Assembly (NCBI GenBank): GCA_964646625.1
Contig: CAZYHC010000065.1
Span: 1-26,279, forward strand
Direction: 5' to 3'
DNA length: 26,279 bases
From: an uncultured Anaerolineales bacterium
GTDB taxonomy: Bacteria; Chloroflexota; Anaerolineae; CAZYHC01
The notes under the pieces were generated by a model. That model worked only from the letters and a program-made list of their open reading frames with translations, ran no database searches and was not told where the DNA came from. The position numbers and the translations under genes were made by a program. Numbering within the stretch: the first letter of the stretch is position 1; the number at the start of each line of letters is the position of its first letter. Shown here piece by piece: positions 21,634 through 26,279 of this stretch.

Positions 21634-23846
21634 GTGTGGTGAAGCCAGTGAATCCTTACATCACCAGCCGACCGATCGGCGATGAAAAGATGTTCTTTGG
21701 ACGAGAGGAAGTTTTCACCTGGCTGGCCGAGAATCTATTCAGGGGCCGCCGGATATTTGTCCTGTATGGCCCGAAACGTATCGGTAAAACCTCGCTCCTC
21801 AGACAGTTGCCTCGCTATCTGCCGGCCGAGTACATTCCTCTCCAACTCCACCTGCAAATCGAAGGGCTGCCGGACGCCGACGCTCTGCTCCGCCAGGTGA
21901 TCATCGATCTGAGGCGCAAGCTGGGCGAAGAAGGCTGGCTTGTCCCGTCTGAGCCTGCCTGGGACGACAACGAACTGTTTTATGAGCAGGTCGCTTCTCT
22001 GGCCGACCGCTTCCTGACCGCCATGGAACAGCAGATGGGGGAACGAACCCTGGTCCTGATCTTCGACAACGTAGAGGTTCTGCTGGAAGATGAAGTGGGG
22101 CGCGAGTTGTTCTGGTCCTTCGCCGCTCAGATGGCTACCTATCTGGACAAGGGTTCCGGGTTATGCTTTATCTTCGCTCTGGACGGGACTGATAGCTCAA
22201 AGTGGGAGGGGTTCCCGCTCTTAGATCATGCTCTCTATCTCCGTCTCGGCCCGCTGGGGAAGGAAGGGGCTACGGCGCTGGTGACCAGGCCGGTGGAGGG
22301 CGTATTGGATTACGATCCCCGGGCGGTGAACCGCCTCCTGGAACTGACCTCCAGGTATCCTTATTTCCTCCAACTGTTCTGTTACATGCTTTTTAACCGC
22401 TGCGCCAAGAGCGGCGGGTACGTCAGTCTTCACGATGTGGGCACCGTTTTGGACGCACTGTTGGAGCTGGAGATTTCCTATTTTGAGGGGTTGTGGGAAG
22501 CTTCCACTGCCGAGGAGAAACTGGTGCTGGCTGCGCTGGGTGTTCTACGTGGCGGACACGGCATCGCCACCCAGCAGGAGGTGGGTAACGCCCTGCGTGC
22601 ACAAGGCACGCGCATCAGCCAGACAGGGGTAAGCACCGCCCTGGAGTCTCTGGCGCGTGGTGGGGTTTTGGAACGGCTGGGGGCCTTGAGCTACCGCTTC
22701 AGCGTGGATATGTTCCGGGTGTGGCTGGGCAGACACAAGGAAGTGGAAAAGGTGATAGAGGAATTACAGCCGCCAGCCAAAGTGCCGGCTATTCTGCCTC
22801 GTTCGCGCCGGGAGTTCTCCCTTATGGTGGTAACCCTGATTGTGCTGGGGTTGGCCGCTTTCGGTCTATGGCGGTTGATAGTGCCGCCGGGGCCAGGCCC
22901 GACCCCAACGGTCTCGCCCTCGCCAGTTCCCTCCCCGACCCTGACTGCCACCCCAGAAAAAGTGGCGGTCACGCCCATACCCACTCAAACGCCAGGGGCG
23001 ACCCCGACGGTTACCCCGCCCCTGGTGGTGGCTCGCCCCATCCCTGCCATCGCCTACATGGTCAAAGTTATGGAGGACGCTCCCTGGCAGATATACGTCA
23101 TGGATAGCGAAGGGGCCAACCCGGCCCCCCTGACCGACACCCCCAGTAATGATACCGCCCCCCTTTGGTCGCCTGATGGGCACCAAATTGCCTTCGTGTC
23201 CGACAGGAACGGCGACAGGGACATCTACGTCATGAATAGCGACGGCTCTGAGGCGGTGAATCTGACCGACAATGCGGCTGACGATTTAATGCCTACCTGG
23301 TCGCCAGATGGAGAGCAGATAGCCTTTGTGTCGCGCCGTGATGGCAACTGGGAGCTCTACGTTATGAAGGCCGATGGAACGGAGGTGGTACGGCTTACCT
23401 ACAATGAGGCCGATGACTGGACGCCAGCCTGGTCGCCTGGTGGGGACGAGCTCGCTTTCGCCTCAAATCGGGATGGCAACTGGGAAATTTATCTCATGAA
23501 CAGCGATGGCTCGTATTCGAGCAGGTTAACTTATAATACGGCCACAGATATTTCCCCGGCCTGGTCGCCTCGGGGGGACAGGATTGCCTTCGAGACCACC
23601 CGTGACGGCGACGCCGAGATATACCTGATGCGAGCCGATGGCAGCGGCCAGACTAACCTGAGCCGTGATCGTACGGCCGATGATCACTGGCCCAGTTGGG
23701 CGCCTGATGGCAGCAGAATTGCTTTTTGTTCCAACCGGCGAGGGGGCAATTGGGATATTTTTGTTATGAGCGATCAGGGCACCGACGTAATCAACCTGAC
23801 CGAAGGCAGTGCGGCCAATGAGCAGGGCCCGGCCTGGCGACCTTGA
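21630..23846 (+). CDS. AAA/STAND-like ATPase (AAA_16/ORC-type N-domain) - single TM - Pro/Thr linker - TolB/PD40 beta-propeller fusion protein
   Basis: The N-terminal FFGREEVFTWL...IFVLYGPKRIGKTSLL (Walker A) and LVLIFDNVE (Walker B) match AAA_16/Arch_ATPase-type domains. TM helix FSLMVVTLIVLGLAAFGLWRLIV lies at aa ~400. A PT-rich linker follows. There are >=7 repeats of the form W/SPDG..IAF.S.RDG..DIY.M..DGS, which are PD40/TolB blades. The start is either GTG 21630 or ATG 21690. Confidence 0.75.
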   Translation: MSVVKPVNPYITSRPIGDEKMFFGREEVFTWLAENLFRGRRIFVLYGPKRIGKTSLLRQLPRYLPAEYIPLQLHLQIEGLPDADALLRQVIIDLRRKLGEEGWLVPSEPAWDDNELFYEQVASLADRFLTAMEQQMGERTLVLIFDNVEVLLEDEVGRELFWSFAAQMATYLDKGSGLCFIFALDGTDSSKWEGFPLLDHALYLRLGPLGKEGATALVTRPVEGVLDYDPRAVNRLLELTSRYPYFLQLFCYMLFNRCAKSGGYVSLHDVGTVLDALLELEISYFEGLWEASTAEEKLVLAALGVLRGGHGIATQQEVGNALRAQGTRISQTGVSTALESLARGGVLERLGALSYRFSVDMFRVWLGRHKEVEKVIEELQPPAKVPAILPRSRREFSLMVVTLIVLGLAAFGLWRLIVPPGPGPTPTVSPSPVPSPTLTATPEKVAVTPIPTQTPGATPTVTPPLVVARPIPAIAYMVKVMEDAPWQIYVMDSEGANPAPLTDTPSNDTAPLWSPDGHQIAFVSDRNGDRDIYVMNSDGSEAVNLTDNAADDLMPTWSPDGEQIAFVSRRDGNWELYVMKADGTEVVRLTYNEADDWTPAWSPGGDELAFASNRDGNWEIYLMNSDGSYSSRLTYNTATDISPAWSPRGDRIAFETTRDGDAEIYLMRADGSGQTNLSRDRTADDHWPSWAPDGSRIAFCSNRRGGNWDIFVMSDQGTDVINLTEGSAANEQGPAWRP

Positions 23847-23931
23847 TCGCTGGCACCAGGCCCAGCGGCGTAAAGAGAACTGAACGTAAGGGCCGCGCCC
23901 TTCCACAGGGGGCGGCCCTGTGGTCGAGGGC

Positions 23932-24444
23932 CTACGCTTGCTCAGGATGGTACAGGTGGATGAAATGTTTGTTTACGATCACCATCTCGGCGGTGGGCGT
24001 TATAGGGGCTTTGGCCGTAAATAAGGGGAAAATCTGGGCCTTGGTGGCCGGCACGAAGGTGCCTATTATCGCATCAAACAGGTCTCGCACACGCATCTCG
24101 CCCCCCAGGTGAAAATCAGCCCGCAGCACGAAATAGGGCGTGTAGATAATGAGCCGTTCGATTTGCTGCAACAGGCGCACGGTGGCTCGGTTTTCCTCAG
24201 ACAGAAGGCTGAAGAACACGATATCTTGTTTGTTCAGAAAGGCTTCCTTGGTGTTAATGGTGCTCAGGGGATTGGTGGCCAGCAGAGGGGTGGTGGTAGC
24301 TTCGTGAACGAGTAGGTAGTTTTTCCTGTCGTCGTTGACAACGCTTAGCAGTTCGCCGAAAGGTTCTATTTCGCCGTCGATCCGGCAGGAAGTGGTGTAT
24401 ATCTCTGACGGGTACACCCGGCGGGGTGGGGCTATACTCTCCAT
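23932..24444 (-). CDS. Hypothetical protein (170 aa) co-transcribed downstream of the GAF sensor kinase
   Basis: ORF with GC3 bias typical of the window, 70 nt downstream of the kinase stop. No receiver-domain motifs are present. It could be a roadblock/DUF4388-like signalling adaptor, but I cannot confirm this. Confidence 0.4.
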   Translation of the reverse strand: MESIAPPRRVYPSEIYTTSCRIDGEIEPFGELLSVVNDDRKNYLLVHEATTTPLLATNPLSTINTKEAFLNKQDIVFFSLLSEENRATVRLLQQIERLIIYTPYFVLRADFHLGGEMRVRDLFDAIIGTFVPATKAQIFPLFTAKAPITPTAEMVIVNKHFIHLYHPEQA

Positions 24445-24514
24445 AATCCTGTACCATGTCCTTTCTTACTCTGTTACGTCAGGGCGCTGCTCCCATCGCT
24501 GTGCGGAATGCCGA

Positions 24515-25891
24515 TTAGCGCTTTGCAGTACGAGGCAGAGTGATAACGAATTCGGCTCCCTGGCCGGCTTCGCTCTGCACCGAAATGTGGCCGCCATGAT
24601 CCTCGATGATCTTCCTGGAGATAGCCAGGCCCAAGCCGGTGCCATGTGATTTGTTATAGGTGACGAAAGGTTCGAAGAGGGTATTCTTGATCTCCCCAGG
24701 GATGCCAGGGCCGTTATCGGACAGCCGAAATTCCACCTCGTCGTCCACCAGACGGGTGGCGATGGTGAAAACCCCTCCTTGCTTCAGAACGTCGCCAGCG
24801 TTTATGGCAATGTTGTAGAGGGCGCGCCGTATCTTTTCCCAATCAGCCGTGATCCAGCCCGTGAAGGCCAGATTGGTCTCTATCTTAATGCCTTTTTGAG
24901 TAAAGTCTCTTTCCAGAAATTGAAGCAGGTTCTTTATCAGATCCTTTATCTCGAAGGAGGCCATAGTCAGGGCGCTCTCTCCACGCGCGTAGTCGAGTAT
25001 CTCCTGGGCCATGCCCACAAAGCTATCAATGGCCTTTGATATGGTCTGGGAGTAGTAGCGTCGAGTCTCAGAGGGGAGCTCGTCCATACCCAGAATTTCG
25101 GCAAAGCCCCTGATAGTGGTCATCGGCCCCTTGATATCGTGGATGATACTGCTAGCCATCCGCCCCACCGTGGACAGTCGTTCGGCCTTGATCAGTTCGT
25201 CCTGAGTCTCCCGCAACTCTGCTAAGGCGGCCTCTAACTCCCTGTTTTTGGCCTGGAGGTTTTCGTAGGTGCGCACCAGATGAATGGCGATGGCCGCCTG
25301 GTTGGCTACCGCGCTCAACAAAGCCACGTCGCTTTCCTGAAAAGGGCGGACGTGAAAGCGAGTATCGACGTAGATCGCTCCGATGAGTTCGTCCTTAAAG
25401 ATCAGGGGCGCGGCCAGCACCGAGCGGATTTGATAGGTGATGATGCTTTGGCTATCCTGAAAGCGGGGGTCCTCCTGGGCGTTGGTGGTGATGACAGGCT
25501 CTCGCGTGCGCAACACGCGACGGATCAGATGACGGCTGAGCTTGGCCTGGGGATCATCTGGCGTTTCGGGAGCGAATTGACGGGCCACGGAGACGTAAAA
25601 GTCGTCCTGGTGCTGATCGTAGAGGACGATAAAACCTCTTTCCGCCTGAACCAGGAGGATGGTCCGATCCAGAATAAGCTCCAGCAAGGACATGAGGTCG
25701 AGAACGGAAGCGATCTCCTGCCCCACTTCGTAAAGGGTGGATAGTTCTACCTGACTCTGTAACAAGCTGGCGATCTCCTGGCGCACCCCTTTGAGGAGGT
25801 TGAAGGCTTCATCTAAAGCCCCACTGTCACCCTGCCCCAGCCGGGTTAAGGCCCATTCCAGAGATTCCACTTGCTCCTTCAGTTGAGTCAT
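24515..25891 (-). CDS. Cytoplasmic GAF-domain sensor histidine kinase (GAF-HisKA-HATPase_c)
   Basis: N-terminal coiled-coil. The GAF-like region is ILDRTILLVQAERGFIVLYD...IYVDTRFHVRPFQESDVALLSAVANQAAIAI. The H-box is ERLSTVGRMASSIIHDIKGPM. The N-box is IAINAGDV and the G-boxes are DNGPGIP and GTGLGLAI. There is no TM segment. Preferred start is ATG 25891; the ORF track starts at GTG 25915. Confidence 0.85.
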   Translation of the reverse strand: MTQLKEQVESLEWALTRLGQGDSGALDEAFNLLKGVRQEIASLLQSQVELSTLYEVGQEIASVLDLMSLLELILDRTILLVQAERGFIVLYDQHQDDFYVSVARQFAPETPDDPQAKLSRHLIRRVLRTREPVITTNAQEDPRFQDSQSIITYQIRSVLAAPLIFKDELIGAIYVDTRFHVRPFQESDVALLSAVANQAAIAIHLVRTYENLQAKNRELEAALAELRETQDELIKAERLSTVGRMASSIIHDIKGPMTTIRGFAEILGMDELPSETRRYYSQTISKAIDSFVGMAQEILDYARGESALTMASFEIKDLIKNLLQFLERDFTQKGIKIETNLAFTGWITADWEKIRRALYNIAINAGDVLKQGGVFTIATRLVDDEVEFRLSDNGPGIPGEIKNTLFEPFVTYNKSHGTGLGLAISRKIIEDHGGHISVQSEAGQGAEFVITLPRTAKR

Positions 25892-25993
25892 TATCTGCCC
25901 CCCGATTATTTTCACTGAGGCCCATACATTCTACTTTATTTTACACCACTACATTCCCGTTGTCAAAGCGGTGGCCATTCGGGTGCGTCTCAT

Positions 25994-26035
25994 ATTTTGG
26001 GTAGGGGCCTGGCACTTCCAAAAGTGCCAGGCCCC
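25994..26035. promoter_or_regulatory. Perfect 14-bp stem hairpin (GGGGCCTGGCACTT-ccaaa-AAGTGCCAGGCCCC) in the intergenic region upstream of the GAF kinase and the downstream secreted-protein gene
   Basis: The inverted repeat is read directly from the sequence. It is followed by TATTATAATATTT. It could be an operator, or a terminator for a minus-strand transcript coming in from beyond the window edge. Confidence 0.4.
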
Positions 26036-26142
26036 TATTATAATATTTGGGACAGATAAGGTCAAGTCCTCTTTGTCTTTAGACTGAAAGTAGGTTATAA
26101 TATTTATAGAAGGGTTAGCAAATTGGTAGCGAGGGTAGGAAC

Positions 26143-26279
26143 ATGAGTCGAAAGTATATTTTTCTGGCCCTGGTAGCTTTGTCTTTGTTCATCTGCATCC
26201 AGGTCTCGGCCCAGGAGGAGGCCGCCCACGTCGATGTTCTGGAGGCCAAAGGGCCTGTCACTCCGGCTATGCTCAGTTA
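26143..26279 (+). CDS. 5' end of a gene for a secreted or membrane protein (possibly NfeD-like), truncated by the window edge
   Basis: MSRKYIFLALVALSLFICIQVSA|QEEAAHVDVLEAKGPVTPAML is a signal peptide followed by an hV-V-l-h-G-h-p-ma pattern. This is reminiscent of the N-termini of NfeD/ClpP-class proteases. There is too little sequence to be sure. Confidence 0.4.
   Translation, partial: MSRKYIFLALVALSLFICIQVSAQEEAAHVDVLEAKGPVTPAMLS

Noticed and set aside
23897-23926. GC-rich hairpin GGGCCGCGCCC...GGGGGCGGCCC between convergent genes, possible bidirectional terminator
   Set aside because: The stem is imperfect and there is no U-tract on either strand. It is plausible in a high-GC organism but too weak to list as a feature.
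1-26279. Search for CRISPR arrays, insertion-sequence inverted repeats, transposase or integrase genes, and rRNA or tRNA genes
   Set aside because: No repeat-spacer periodicity, no transposase- or integrase-like ORFs, and no rRNA- or tRNA-like segments were recognisable. The only tandem repeat is the 12-mer inside the M28 gene.

Overview
This is a high-GC (~60-65%) bacterial window. Many exported proteins carry Pro/Thr-rich linkers, and there is a DUF11 protein, an LPXTG protein and an Flp pilin. Together these suggest a monoderm-like lineage such as Chloroflexota, but that is inference only.

Gene content, in order along the window:
- An FGGY sugar kinase.
- A secreted HEXXH metallopeptidase with a DUF11 tail.
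- A DUF433/DUF5615 toxin-antitoxin-like pair.
- A SAM methyltransferase with a zinc ribbon.
- An LPXTG-anchored surface protein with a CBM-like domain.
- A long minus-strand operon of 8 tightly packed or overlapping genes (17133 down to 7050), described below.
- A divergently transcribed Flp-family pilin.
- An orphan HisKA_3 sensor kinase.
- An operon encoding a membrane-inserted M28 peptidase, a second SAM methyltransferase, and an AAA/STAND-like ATPase fused through one TM helix to an extracytoplasmic TolB/PD40 beta-propeller.
- A GAF sensor kinase followed by a small unknown protein.
- The 5' end of a secreted protein.

The most interesting element is the 8-gene operon. It runs from a consensus promoter at ~17164-17192. 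It encodes a small 2-TM protein, a large polytopic membrane protein with a Pro-rich C-terminus, a 4-TM protein, an SPFH/band-7 membrane scaffold, a 740-aa FtsK/HerA/VirB4-clade P-loop ATPase, an M23 peptidoglycan peptidase, a lipoprotein and a DUF2723 (GT39-like) membrane glycosyltransferase. The ATPase has a divergent Walker A and a large N-terminal region I could not assign to any family. This looks like an uncharacterised envelope-spanning, ATP-driven machine. It may be distantly related to type IV secretion or conjugation systems of monoderms, but it has no relaxase or coupling protein and it has an unusual SPFH component.

The window is also notable for at least six near-perfect sigma70-type promoters (TTGACT or TTGCCA, 17 nt, TATAAT) standing out of the GC-rich background. 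Two divergent pairs share AT-rich intergenic islands, and one pair is embedded in a palindrome. No rRNA, tRNA, CRISPR array or transposase was detected.
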